DNA of 64,000 bases from Sminthopsis crassicaudata (taxonomy: Eukaryota), in the NCBI RefSeq assembly GCF_048593235.1, contig NC_133617.1:64379767-64443766 (forward strand), in the 5' to 3' direction. The notes beneath the pieces were generated by a model. It did no database searches and was not told the origin of the DNA. It was given only the letters and a program-made list of their open reading frames with translations. A program made the translations under genes and the position numbers. Of the stretch, positions 14,501 through 26,160 are shown one piece after another (position 1 is the first letter of the stretch; each line of letters begins with the position of its first letter).

Positions 14501-16040
14501 ATCTGGACCTGCCCCACCAGGACTTTGGGGGGAGCAGTGCCTATCTCAGCTGTGACAGTCGTGTCAATAGTGACTATGAGACAGATGGAGAAGGTGGATT
14601 TTACACGGACAATGACATGGAGGAGGAGCCCATAGAACCGGCACTGGCTCGTTCATCAGAACCAGTAGAAATAGATGAGGCAGAAGATCTGAGGAAAGAG
14701 ACACTGCCACCTTCAACATATTCAAGAACCCAGGTAAGCCAAACCTCCTTTCACCCACAAGAAGGAAGAAATCTTTGCCAGTCTCTTAGGTATGGGGGCA
14801 AACCTTGAGCATAATGTTACCATTTACACCTAATAGACACAAAAGATAATATACAATTTTCTTTATCTTGAGTTGTAAAGGTGAAAAAATAGGGGTGATA
14901 TTTCTCCATAAATTCAAGTTTTCTTTTCTTACTGCCCCTCCTTCCACATCCCTTTCTTGTGTCTTTGTTCTCCTTGTACATATATCCTTGGACAAGTTTT
15001 TCTTTATTGGATGTTTCTAAGATCTCTCCTTGCCCTAATATTATGATTCTTTCCACTTTCTCCTCTCTTCAGTGAAACAAAGGTCTGGTATTTTTATTTA
15101 TCAATGATTTTGATGGTGCTTAGTTTGAACTTTAAAAGCACACATGGGGGAATGTGTGCTCTCTTTTTAGCATCCTTCAAAATTAAATGAAGTTCTTACT
15201 GATAGGGTTCTTGGTTGAAAATGGGATGTTTCTTCCTAAAACCATGGGCTCTTCCGTTTCCCTGCTTTAGTTTTTGTGAAGGGCAGTTCTCTGTTTAAAG
15301 GTCCTGTCTCTCCCTGCTTCAAAACCGAGCACTTACATGCCCAAGTCCCTTTTGCACTGACAGGTTTTGTTTCCATGTATTTTTCTTAGTAATTTGTGTT
15401 TCCTGGAAAGGGAGAGTGAGGGGAGGGGTGTGGTAATACATTTTTCTCCCCTTCCCCCATCTTCCTGCCCACATTTCCCCAAATTATCTCCACTGTAAAT
15501 CTACTGTTTTGCCCCCATTAACCTTCACTGACTCTCTACAGGCCAGGGATCTATCTGCTAAAGGCCAGTGGAGAGAAGATAGCATGAGGTAAGGCCATTT
15601 CTCGAACATGGGTAGAGGGAAGGGGCACAGTTGGTGCTAAGGGAAACTCTGGAGAGTATATTTCCATAGGGACAGGGTGAATTTAAGGCTAAAAATCTCT
15701 TTCTAAAGTTAAGAAAATGAATCATTAAAAAAAGGAAATTACTTGCCCATTCAAATCACGCGTACTCCAAATCCCAAAGCTCTTTCTGCATCATCCTGCT
15801 CTCCCCAGATATTCAGGCCTTCTCTCCAAGAGAGATATTTCCCCAATAGCTTCATGTTTAGAAATTTTAGACCCAAAGAAGGAGTTATCTGTGGTCACAT
15901 AGCCAGCCACCAGGTTCTCATTTCTTGCCCTCCCCAGAACCTATGAGCGAGAAGCCTTGAGAAAAAAATTCACACGAGCCCGGAACTATGAGTCGGATGA
16001 GGATGATGGCTATGACTGGGGCCCTGCCACTGACCTGTGA
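686..16040 (+). CDS. TJP3: Tight junction protein ZO-3 (MAGUK: PDZ1 partial, PDZ2, PDZ3, SH3, GUK); 5'-partial, 18 exons, ~848 aa in window
   Basis: Exons 686-788, 1036-1402, 3182-3285, 3600-3762, 5332-5440, 6635-6672, 7083-7155, 7625-7781, 10402-10510, 11065-11290, 11638-11852, 12046-12141, 12668-12738, 12989-13199, 14000-14100, 14479-14733, 15542-15588, 15938-16040. All are AG/GT bounded with matching phases. Peptides [85 protein letters not shown]; C-terminus YDWGPATDL* matches ZO-3 as recalled. Confidence 0.97.
2549..2589 (+). repeat. Poly(A)41 homopolymer
   Basis: 41 consecutive A residues. Confidence 0.95.
4255..4545 (+). mobile_element. CORE-SINE (MIR/Mar1-like); further MIR-like pieces at ~1700-1990, 10080-10260, 13200-13380, 20420-20740, 23630-23760, 53130-53360, 60461-60677
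   Basis: CORE motif (GGTAAGTCACTTAATCTCT..) and L2-type tail (TTAGCACAGTGCCTGGCACAT..AATAAA); boundaries approximate. Confidence 0.7.
8113..8302 (+). mobile_element. Non-autonomous hAT MITE, OC1 (OposCharlie1)-type, 190 bp
   Basis: Terminal inverted repeats CAGCGGTCCTCAAACT...AGTTTGAGAACTCCTG; 8-bp TSD ATTTAAAG/GCTTAAAG (6/8). Family name from memory. Confidence 0.8.
8380..9400 (-). mobile_element. Decayed CR1/L3 LINE reverse-transcriptase relic, interrupted by the second MITE
   Basis: Minus ORF 9089-9331 contains [16 protein letters not shown], matching the CR1 RT motif [20 protein letters not shown]; boundaries approximate. Confidence 0.75.
8723..8912 (-). mobile_element. Second OC1-type hAT MITE, inverted relative to the first, 190 bp
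   Basis: TIRs CAGGGGTTCTCAAACT...AGTTTGAGGACCACTG; TSD TCTTAAAC/CCCTAAAC (6/8); ~88% identical (manual count) to the reverse complement of 8113-8302. Confidence 0.8.
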
Positions 16041-16519
16041 CCCTGGGGCATGTTGATCTGTCCAGCATCAAGGTCACCTCAGGGAATCTGAAAGGTCCTC
16101 CTGCCTTATTCCAGCAGCCTCAAGGAAGAGGACTCACTCTGGCTTCTACCTCCTCATTCTGGGAAGGCCACATCCAGACCTGCCTACTTCTAAGAAAGTT
16201 GGATTTTTGTACACCACCACCCACTCCTTTGGTAATGCAGGACATGGAAGGAAGACTTACATTACCCCATCCCTCATACTCCCTTCTTTGGGTGCGACTG
16301 TCAGTGTCACAAAACATTCCCATGAGCCCCTCCAGGACAGTCTAATTCTAAACTGTCCTAGAACATGTTTCCATTCTCCCAGAACTGGGCCAGAATCAAG
16401 GCAAACTCTTGTGAGTTTTATGTGAGGAAACAAAGGTCATTGTCAGGATCTGGATTTAACCCAGGGCTTGAATGGTGTTAGTAGAGAGTAAGAGTTAAAA
16501 AAAAAAAAAACAACAACAA

Positions 16520-16650
16520 CCTGGGTATCTATGAACTTTAAAAAAAAATACTTGATAACTATATTTCAATACAATTAGTTTTCTTGGTAATCCTGCATCA
16601 TTTATTTTGTTTATTAAAAAATATTCTGAGAAATCTATCAGTTTCACCAG
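16520..16650. mobile_element. Old hAT-Charlie-like DNA transposon fragment (related fragment at ~39965-40110)
   Basis: Both sites share the AAAA(A)TA(T)TCTGAGAA-type tail and AT-rich body that I recognise from ancient mammalian Charlie-type elements; family uncertain. Confidence 0.45.
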
Positions 16651-17323
16651 ACTATCCTAGTGTGGGGGAGTTGGGGAATGTGTCACCAAACGATATGTAT
16701 GGTACAACCCCTGGATGATGGGTTTCAAATGCTGTGTGCATGCGTGTGTGTGTGTGTGTTTGTATGTTGAAGTTTTTTAACTTAGGCTTAACCCCTACCC
16801 TAGTCTTGTGGTAATCTCTGGGGCCTCTTTTTGCTCCAGATCCATTTAGACCATGACTAAGCCCAGGGATTCAGCCAGTCTTCACCATGCCTGCTCCTGC
16901 TGGCCCCGACATGACAATGGAACTCTCAGCCTCACTCCAAACTCGATGCTTTGTCCACTACTGCACTCAAGCTCTTTTCACTACATAGTTTAATTTTTAT
17001 CAGCCAAAATGATAGATTAAAAATCCCATGTGAGTGACAGTAGTTTCTGTAGACCCTCCCCTCCAGAAAGGGGCACATCTCTTTGGTGGATGGAGAGAAG
17101 AAGGTAGGCAAGCTGAGTCCAGGATTGTGGTAGCTCCGGCCCTGATGATCTGAGGCCCAAAGTGGCACTCAGGAGCATAAGGCACTGACACGGCCTTGGC
17201 ACAGTGGGCAAAGCCCAGGACAGAGAAAGTCTTGGCCATGAGGATTTCCAGGAGAGGCAAGGTTTGAGAGGATGGATGTTGGGGTAATCATTCAGGGGGA
17301 CCACGCTGGGCCCCCCTCCCAAG

Positions 17324-20300
17324 TCACAGATAGACAGGTTGCTCCTGGCCAGTGAGGAGGCGGTAGGTGGAGGCTGGCATCATCTTAATGTGGACCTAGA
17401 AGGAGAGAGGAGGTTCAGGGCTTGGGTGCATACCCGAGGAAACTCATCCCACCCAACCCCAGTCCGAGGGCCTGGAAGAGAAACAGGGAGGTCTGAGGGA
17501 AAGGTGCCCACCTCATCATGGGCCTGGGTAAGCAGCTGAATAATTCTGTCATGGGGAGTGGCCACCACGCTCTGTCCATTGATCTCAATGATCCGGTGTC
17601 CAACTCGGACTCCGCCACGCTCTGCAATACCTCCTCGCATCAAGCTGCAGATCTGATGAAGAGAGCAGGATATGACTGTTAAGGGGCCCTCCCACAGGCA
17701 AAAATCCAGATCTCTTCCCAGCATGCATTCCTACATCCTCTGAGGTCCTGGAGGAGAGGGCCAGTCCTGCCCTGAAGCAGGATACCTGCATTTCCCAGGA
17801 CTCAGAGATGCAGGCCATCTGTCTTCACCGACTCCCACCACCCCACTTGTATCCAAACAGAAGATAGAATGAGTCTCCCAACATGCTCTGGACCTTCAGG
17901 GCCCTTCTCAAATACCCAGTGCTTGAGGTACACGCAGTCCTGGCTCTTACCCCCCCATACTCACAATGCCATTTTCTACACAAAAGCCCAGCTGCTCTCG
18001 AGCATGAGGTCGACGGATGATGGCTGTGGTGACAGGTGGACAGTGCACAATACTCAGTGTTACCGAAGTCTCAGACTTTAGTTCCTTTTGAGAAGAGGGG
18101 CAGAGATTAGAATTAGACCCCAACAGCTGTCTGGGGGAGGAAGGGAGGAGAGAACTAGATCCTGAGAAATCTGGTTTCTAATCTTGGCTTTACCATGTGG
18201 TGCAGGGTTAGTCACCTCTTCTTGGGGCTTTTAGCCATCTGAAAACTGAGGGAGCTGGTCTAAATCAGTAGTTCTCAAATTGTGGTCCAGAGGGGCATCT
18301 CTGAAACCCTTCCAGAGTTTACAAATTCAAAATTAGTTTTTATTTCTAATATGGTAAATATCCATAAACATAACCCACATGAACAGATCCTCAATAATTG
18401 ACAGTATAATAATAGTATAAATTTAAATAGTATAAACAAAAATTTGAGAACTATTGGTCTCAATAATTTCCAAGATGCTTCTTAGTTCTCCAAAGGTTCT
18501 TCAGCCCAATGAAACATGGACTTAACCTCTATTTGCTATACTTGATTCAGGGTCTGGAGAAGGCCCTCAACCCAAATCCCAAAGGACACTTACTCGGACT
18601 ATAGCCTGGCACGAGGCTAAGGGCAGCCCCACCAGGCTGGTGCCATTCACTGCAGTGAGCCGGTCCCCAATGCTCAGCAGCCCAGAGCGCTCAGCTGGAC
18701 CACCATGCAGCAGATTGGCGATGACGGCTGTGGGCAGCAGGGAACCCCAACCAGATTCTACCAGGGCCACACCCAGGCACTCTCCCCGCTGCTTCTCAAT
18801 ACATACCTGTCAGGAGAGAAGAGCAGTCAGGAACAGAACCACACATCCCCCCTCCTAGCTGCTTCCTGCCCTGGGGGAGCAAATGGGATTAAAGACCAGG
18901 AGGCACAAGATAGATCTAGGATAATCACTTTCTCACATCCTTGGAGCTAAAAGAGATCTTAAATGGTGGTCTAATGGAGTTTCAAAGAAGTTAATGGACC
19001 CAGATCATATGGTAGTCAAAAGAGCAGAGTCCAGATTTGAATACATTACCCTGTCTCCAAATCAGGCTCTTGCCAACACACCATGATGCCTTAATGGTGA
19101 AGAGAACAAAATGGTTTTCTATCTAGAAGCAGTTGTGGTATAATGGCTAAAATCAGTGGATTTAGTCTCTGAAAACCCTAGTATGAATCCCAACTTTACC
19201 ATCACTAGCTGTCTAACCTTGGGCAAGAGGCTTTAGTAATACTTGGGAGAGAAGGGAATGGAATGAGGTAATGGACAGAACCCATTTTTGTAATTTATAT
19301 GGCATTAGATTTCTATATAAATGTCAATTATTGTTATTTTAAAACTCATAACTTTAGGATGAAAATAACCTTAAACTTCCGGAACATAAAACTGTCAGAG
19401 CAGAAAGGAAGTTCAGACCCTAACTATTTATTATCTGAGCTGATCAGAACTTTGAGATCATCAGTCCAAGTCTTCTTCTTACCCCTTATTCCACAGATAA
19501 AAAGCAACATGAAGTCCAGAAGGGTGAGGGCATCTCACTGCCTTCTCAAGATGGCCTGAGAGCAAAATAATATACTAAATGGTTTAAAGGTCAATAAATA
19601 ATAGGTCAGAAAATACTGAGGACTTCAAGAACCTAGGGATGAAAATTATGAGAACAAAAAAAGGGGATGAACCTTGGGAGAGTGGACTGTGGAAGCAAAG
19701 GGCTGGGGGGGACTGATTAGGTGGTGAGGAGACTTCACTTTCACTCACATCCCTGCAGTTCTCCTGATTGGAGAAGTGGGCCAGGTCTCCATTGTGCAGG
19801 TCCCCTTCCTTCGGCCTTCCACGGTCTTCTTGGGTACTCAGCTGGCTAGGATCAATGCCACTGGCCCGAAGGAATTGGCCATAGGCCACGCCAAAGGCCT
19901 GTCCAATGGCTTGGGCAATCAGCTGGGCCTGGGAGGGCATAGAGAACACTGATAGCCTGCTCCTCCTTAAGCTCCCAGTTCCGGGCATTTCCCAGCAGCC
20001 CCTTGTCCATGCATCCTTGGAATCATCCCTCAGGATGGACACTGAAGATAAAGGCTTGGCCTGGGGCTTCAGAAAAGTACACAGGGCAGATCAGGGCCAG
20101 ATACCCTTCCAGATCCTCACTGAGCCCCAGATTGAGCTTATGGAACCCTCAGAAAAGACCAGGGCCTGTCCCTGCCCCTCCCCCGGGCAGCTCACATCTG
20201 CTGAGTGGAAGACATGGCAGATCATCTTGTAGAGTCGCCGTTCCTGTGAGCCAGGCTGCCTTGCCAGACGCCTTCGCGCCATCAGCACCACCACGTTGCC

Positions 20301-23255
20301 AATGTCAGCAATGTAGGAGATGGTCTGCAGGGAGTGATCCATCATAGCTTCCTGGTGGGGATAAAGGCCAGAGACAAGAGACTCAGCCCCGTGGCCCAAT
20401 CCCAGGTCAGAAGGGCTGGATGCGAATCCTAATTCAGATACTAAATAGCTGTGTGGCCAAATTATTTATCCTCTAAGCTACAGCTTCCTCATCTTTAATA
20501 ACGATAGCCAGCATTTATGCATCACTCTGTTTCCATCTTTAATAATAACTGCAGCATTTTGGTATCTCTGTACATTATCTTTTGGGGGGTGGATGCTATT
20601 CTCATATCATTTTGCAGATGAGGAAACTGAGGCAGGCAGACATTACATGACTTGCCCAGGATCACACACCCAGCAAGGGTCAGGCCAGATTTGAGCTCAG
20701 ATCTTGCTAAATCTAAGCCCAGGGCTTTATCAACTGCTAGCTCCCTCAATATAAAAAAAACAAAAACAAAAACAGGCTAACACATGCGATGATGACCATA
20801 TATGGCTGTTGCAAGGAAAGGACCCTGCAGACTATGGAAGCACATTAGGATGACCTCTTTCCCCCATTTCTTCCTTTGATGCGCAGCTCTTCATTTTCAA
20901 GCCCTCCCTTTCAAGAACCTTCACTGGCTCCACGTTGCTTGTGGAGCTATACGTTCAAGAGTCAGAACTGGAAAGGACTTTGGGCATCCATCCAAATCCC
21001 TCTTTTTACAGAAAAAGAAAGTGGCCCAGAGGGTTTACATGACTACTTGGCAGGCTTAAGTACAAGGTTCTTCACCTGAAGTTTGAAAGCCCTCCATGAC
21101 CCGGCCCCAATCTCCCTCTCTAGGTCCCTCATCCCTCATAGCCCCCCCCTTCTGCCCAGGCGTGAGCTCCTTGCCAACCTACTTCTCCCTCCCCATGCTC
21201 CAGGGCAGGTACCTGGGAGTCAGCGGTCAAGACTTTAATCCTCTTTGTGGAGATGAAGAGGTCAACCTCAGTCATGGGCTGGGTCTCTCCCTCAGGAGCC
21301 TGCAGGAAAGGACAGGAGTGAGGGCCACAGGCTCCTAAGGCAGACTGGGCCAGACCAAGCTATCCTCCACCCCAGCTTCTCTCCTTTCTTCTCAGGAGCC
21401 AAGCTACTGCTACAACACACTCCTCTGCTCCCTCAATGGAACCCAGATGTCCCGGGCCTCTGACATAAAAGAAAACAGAGACTGAGAGAAAAAAGCATTA
21501 GTGGAGTTCCAGCTCTCCCCACTAAATACCTGTTTGACTTTAGGCAAGACATTTAAGCCTCCTCTATAAAATGGGGGTGGGGAGTGCAGAGTAGGGGTGA
21601 AGGTGGAAAAAATGAACATTGAGATGGGCTAACTTCATTTTCATCAGGCAGTAAGGAAGGATAATAAAGCCAAGTAATTCACTGGGTGACATCTGCCCTA
21701 TTGATTCAGTTCAAGAGCAAAGCCTTAATGGGATAAGGCCCTGGACTCCCCCCATGATTTTCCCCAAAGGTATGTAGAATCTCAAGGCTAAGCTCCAGTT
21801 CCAGGCTCCATTCTCTTTATCTATAGACCTTTATTCTCAAGGGCAAAAGGATAAGGTGACAAATGGTCGCCTAGCACATTCTCCTGCTGTCTCCTTCCCC
21901 ACCCTTTTTAGCCTTACCTTGATCCGATCCACAGCCTCTTGGGCCTGGGCCATGCGGGCACTCGGGGATGGGTTTCGCTCTGAAACGAGCTGGGTGGAGC
22001 CTAGATACTTGGCTCCAAAAATGACACCATCCAGGAGATCTTCTGGGTCACAAGGTCCTGCCACTAAGACAGGAAAGGCAAGGACAAGGGTCAAGTGAGT
22101 CCTTGTAGTCCCCACTTGTGGTCCCCAGCTCTCCCCTGGAGTCTTTGGGGGTAGTCATAGAAATCCCAAACCTGTCACTCCACCCCTGTCTGTAACTGCA
22201 ACCTGTATCACCCATGGCTCCAGAAGCCACGAATAAGCTGACCATTATTTTAGAAGCTTAATGAAGCTTGCAGTACTCAACTAGAGAAGAGCGGGTGGGT
22301 CCTGGAACTCTAAAGTCTATTTTGAGAGGTCTAGACTTACCAGTCTAGAACTCTCCATTCCCATCTAGTCTGCAGAGTACCTGCCTAAGCTTCAAGCAGA
22401 GATGGTTCTTATTCCCCCCTTTAAGCCCCTCCCATCAGGTACTGCATTGGGAGAAGGGAGGAAGAGGGCACTCACCTTCTTGGAAAGTAGGATAGGATGC
22501 TAAGGCTTCAGAAGTCTGGAAGGAGACACGAGAAAGGGGGAAGCTTAGCAACAAGATTTCCTAGTTTCATTCCTGAATTTTGCTGAGGGAGATGGGAACA
22601 TCGTTTTTACCTGGGTGGTGCCAGCATCAGCAGACAGATCCTCAGAATGGACCAGTGGACCAGGTCCCAGCCAGGGCTCTGGGGAGCTACTGGAACTACC
22701 CTCTCCATCCCCAGACCCCTCCTCTGTCCTTTCGGCACAGTCCTTCGGGGGCTGGAGGAGACAAGGGACAGAGCCTTGGGGACCTTCAGGGGCTGGGGGC
22801 GCTGTTGGAGTCAGAGGCGCCCCCTCCTCACCACACAGCAGATTGATCAGGTCTTCATGCCTGGCTTCAGACGACAAAAGTCCGTGATTTTCTGAGGCTT
22901 CAGGAGTGCTCAAACCATGGCCAGTGGCAATGTGGAGGGGGCAGGGGTGTCCATTCTGGGAAGGTGCTTCTGGCAAATCTAAAGGCAAGGCCTGGAACTG
23001 GTCCACCAGGTCCTGAAGCTCCTGCCCACTGGGGTCTCCGTCCAAGTCCATCTGGTTCTGATTCCCCAAAACCCTGGGCCCCGTCCCTTCAAGGTCGCTG
23101 GCTGGTGCTGCCTCGGGGACTGCCAGGTCCCAAGGGCAAGGGGGTCCCGAGGGAGTAGCGGCTGAGGGTGGAGGACCAACGGAGGGAGGACTGGAGGCCT
23201 CTGACTGCTCCAGGTCCATGGCTGGCGGCTCAGAGGGAGCCCCAGCAGGGTCCAT
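17324..23255 (-). CDS. APBA3: Amyloid-beta precursor protein-binding family A member 3 (Mint3/X11L2; PTB + 2 PDZ), 599 aa, 10 coding exons
   Basis: Exons (minus) 23255-22611, 22515-22476, 22063-21918, 21299-21213, 20351-20196, 19928-19749, 18806-18594, 18084-17965, 17652-17512, 17395-17324; total 1800 nt. Starts [16 protein letters not shown]; [20 protein letters not shown]; [18 protein letters not shown] and [14 protein letters not shown]; ends [14 protein letters not shown]. Confidence 0.97.
18266..18456. mobile_element. hAT-Charlie-type MITE, 191 bp
   Basis: TIRs CAGTAGTTCTCAAA / TTTGAGAACTATTG; 8-bp TSD GTCTAAAT/GTCTCAAT (7/8). Confidence 0.75.
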
Positions 23256-23939
23256 GTTCTCACTCTCTGGTCTCAAAGGAGCAGGCTGAGTCCCGGGCCT
23301 TGTCACCAGGTGCAAAAGCGGAGTCTCTGGATCTCAGCTGAGCCATCCGTGAAGCAAGAAGCTGGATGAGTAACAAGTTATAGTGAGTAACGGAGGCACT
23401 GAAACAGCATTTGGGGCGCGATGGGCAGACTCTGGAGCACCCCAGAAATGTCCGCGGGCCCTGCAGATCCCAGCACGCACCTCTCTACCTCTCTGGGGTT
23501 GCAGAGCACCTTGCTGCGGCTCCTCACACCGCCCCGGTGTCGTTATCCCCATTTTGTAGTGGCCCTTGGGTTGACTTACTCTTTGGGGTTTTCTTGGAAG
23601 GGACACCAGTGGTTTGCCATGTCCTCCAGCCCATTTTACAGATGAGTAAACTGAGGCAAACGGGGTTTAGTGACTAGGGTCTCCCCAAGTCCCCGCCTGG
23701 CACTCTGTGCACCAGCTCCCCCAGTTTTGCAGATGAGGAAACTGAGGCTGAGTGGGGAAGGGGCTCCTGGGAGGTCAAACAGCTACTAGGCAGCAGAACG
23801 GAAGTCTGTCCCCCGCCCCCTCCACTTTACCCGGTCCTTCCCCCACAAGCCCAGTCCGCCATTTCCCTGACACCCCTGCCCCAATTTCCCAAACCTGCTT
23901 AGGGTTCCAGGCCTGACTAGACCACATTCTGTCCCCTCA

Positions 23940-26160
23940 ATTACTCCCGAGCAGCGGCGCGTTCCCGCGAGGCCGGAGTCCTGGGGCGGCCCTGGCTCTG
24001 GTCCCGGGCCCGCTCCGCAGAGCTCTGCGCCGGGCTCCCCGCTGGGTCCAGACTCGGGGTCACTGCAGCCCCGCAGCCGCCAGCGCCGCCGCTCCCAGCC
24101 CAGCCCAGCCCGGCCAGGTCCTCACGCCACACTGCGCAGGCGCCATCCCAGGGCTTGCCGGGAAATGTAGTTCGTGGGGCTGAGTGTAAACCTGGCGGAA
24201 TGAATGGGAGAAAGTCCGAGCTGACTTTCTCCCATTCCCCCAGGAGGTTTTCATTTAACTTTCCAGAGCGCTTTGAAACTTTGTTTCAGTCTTCAGACTG
24301 AGGATTGTTGTGTATTACATATACATTAAACTATTACACACACTCATTTTTGTTATATACAATGTGTCATTTTTGTTATATACAGTATATGTGATATAAC
24401 GTGATTATGTGATATGTATTATACACACACACATATATGTATTCAACACTGCTACCACAGAACTTGTTCTTCCACTTAAAAGCCAGAGTTCTTTCCACCC
24501 TATTACCCAAGCCCTAGTGCAACATAGATAGCCTGGACCCCAAGTACCCCGAATCTCAATCCTTGGAGCTTGCCAAGCACTGACCTTTTGCGTGCCTCAT
24601 TTTGTACTGCAGTGCACGCGCACGTGTGTGTTTGCGGGAGGACTCTGCAACTTGGAACAAAAGACAAAAGCTCCTTCTCGTGGTGTGAAAGCGATTTTTC
24701 TATGGTCACCGTCTTGTTCAATATCAGATTCGAACCGCCTCCATTCCGTGTCTTCACATTTTCATTCTTCAGTAACTGATCATCAGCATCGATTTGTGAT
24801 TTTAAGATCTGCAAAGTGATTTACAGATATTTTTTTTCATTTGACCCTAAGAACCGCCTCAGAGGGAAGTGTTATTTGTACTCCCATGTTTACGGCTGAG
24901 AAAATCAGGGAAGAAAGTTATCCAGCTTCAGGTCTAGTGCGGGCTCCACTGCCTCCACCTGCTTTTTCCACACAAACATCTTGGGGAGGGGGAGAAGCAA
25001 GGACGAGCTGGGTTGATTTCACTGGTGTAGGAAGCTCTAGGGAAGCGGTCCGTCAGAGCCACCAGCGCCTACAATTCATAAGTTCGGGGCTTGTCAGGGA
25101 ATGTCAGGGAATACCCCATATCACAGCCCACGCGCGTCAGAGACAGGACCGCCCCCTGGTGGATAAGGGAAAACCTTACCAACGTTTGGGAGGAGAGCAA
25201 ACCCGGTACTTGGCCAGTAACTATTGCTTAATAAAGACTTCATTCCAGTGATGATGGAGTGGAGAGACGCAGTATTTACAAGGTCGGTACGTAACCAGGA
25301 AGGCTTCTGGGAAGAGGTGTCACTTAAGGGGACGTCCCATTTCCGGAGTCACTTACGCTCCCTATTTGTTTATCAGTAAAATAAAAGATCTAACCTATGG
25401 AACCTTTCTGATCCTAAATCCCGTGAGTAAGGGGGAAGGAGAGCAGGAATGCATTTTAGGCATAGCAGGAATAAAAATACGGAGAATTGGAGCCTGTAAA
25501 TTAGAACAGGACAGTTTCCTTAAGGGACAAAAAAAAAATAAAGTTGGGAAGGTCGTGTAAATTACCAGACTATGAAAGGTCTTGAATATCGAACTTTACT
25601 CGGGAACCCAGGAAGATTTTTGCCCGGTTTACAATTTAATTTTTTTTTTTTAATCAGAGATTAATTGAGGCCCCTCCCAGTTCAGTAATCCGAGAACTAC
25701 TCAAATTCTTCAGTACGGACTACACTTCCCTACATGCTGCGCGGCCACCTCAGTACTGCGCACTCTTATGACGAAAATAGTGTCCGCGACGGGAGGACGC
25801 TATGGCTGCGCGCTTTGTCTTCGGACTTCCCTGGACCGTGGGGCGTTTACGTGGATCGTCTTTTCGGGGTCTCAGCGCCCCTGGTAGCCTGTGTGTTCGG
25901 GGGTACGCTAAAAAACCGGGTGAGTTGGCCCGGACTGGGCCATAACATGTCGGGGGGCCTGCTCTGACTTTGCACCGACGCGTGCGGGAGGACCGGGACT
26001 ACGGCCGGACGCACTGGGAATTGTCAGCTCAGTGCGCAGGCGCTGGTTGTGGTCGCGGGTCGCACTCGCTCGGCGCACTACGCAAGCGCTGGCTGTGGGC
26101 CTTGGGCTGGGGAGAGGGACGTGTCAGAGCTCGCCTTAGCTGGCATTCGCCCGCGCGCTT
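23940..26160. promoter_or_regulatory. Head-to-head APBA3/MRPL54 promoter region with two CpG islands and ZNF143/THAP11-type and NRF1-type motifs
   Basis: GAACTACATTTCCCG on minus at 24159-24173; GACTACACTTCCC at 25718-25730; TGCGCAGGCGC at 24133-24143 and 26033-26043; divergent genes start on either side. Confidence 0.7.
23945..24150 (-). other. APBA3: Probable non-coding first exon of APBA3 in a CpG island
   Basis: CpG/GC-rich block ~23940-24180; minus-strand donor GGGA|GTAATT at 23945/23944; 5' end (TSS) is approximate. Confidence 0.55.

Noticed and set aside
25734-25800. Out-of-frame ATGs (25734, 25768) upstream of MRPL54 as uORFs
   Set aside because: They overlap the promoter motifs and probably lie upstream of the TSS; unsupported without CAGE.
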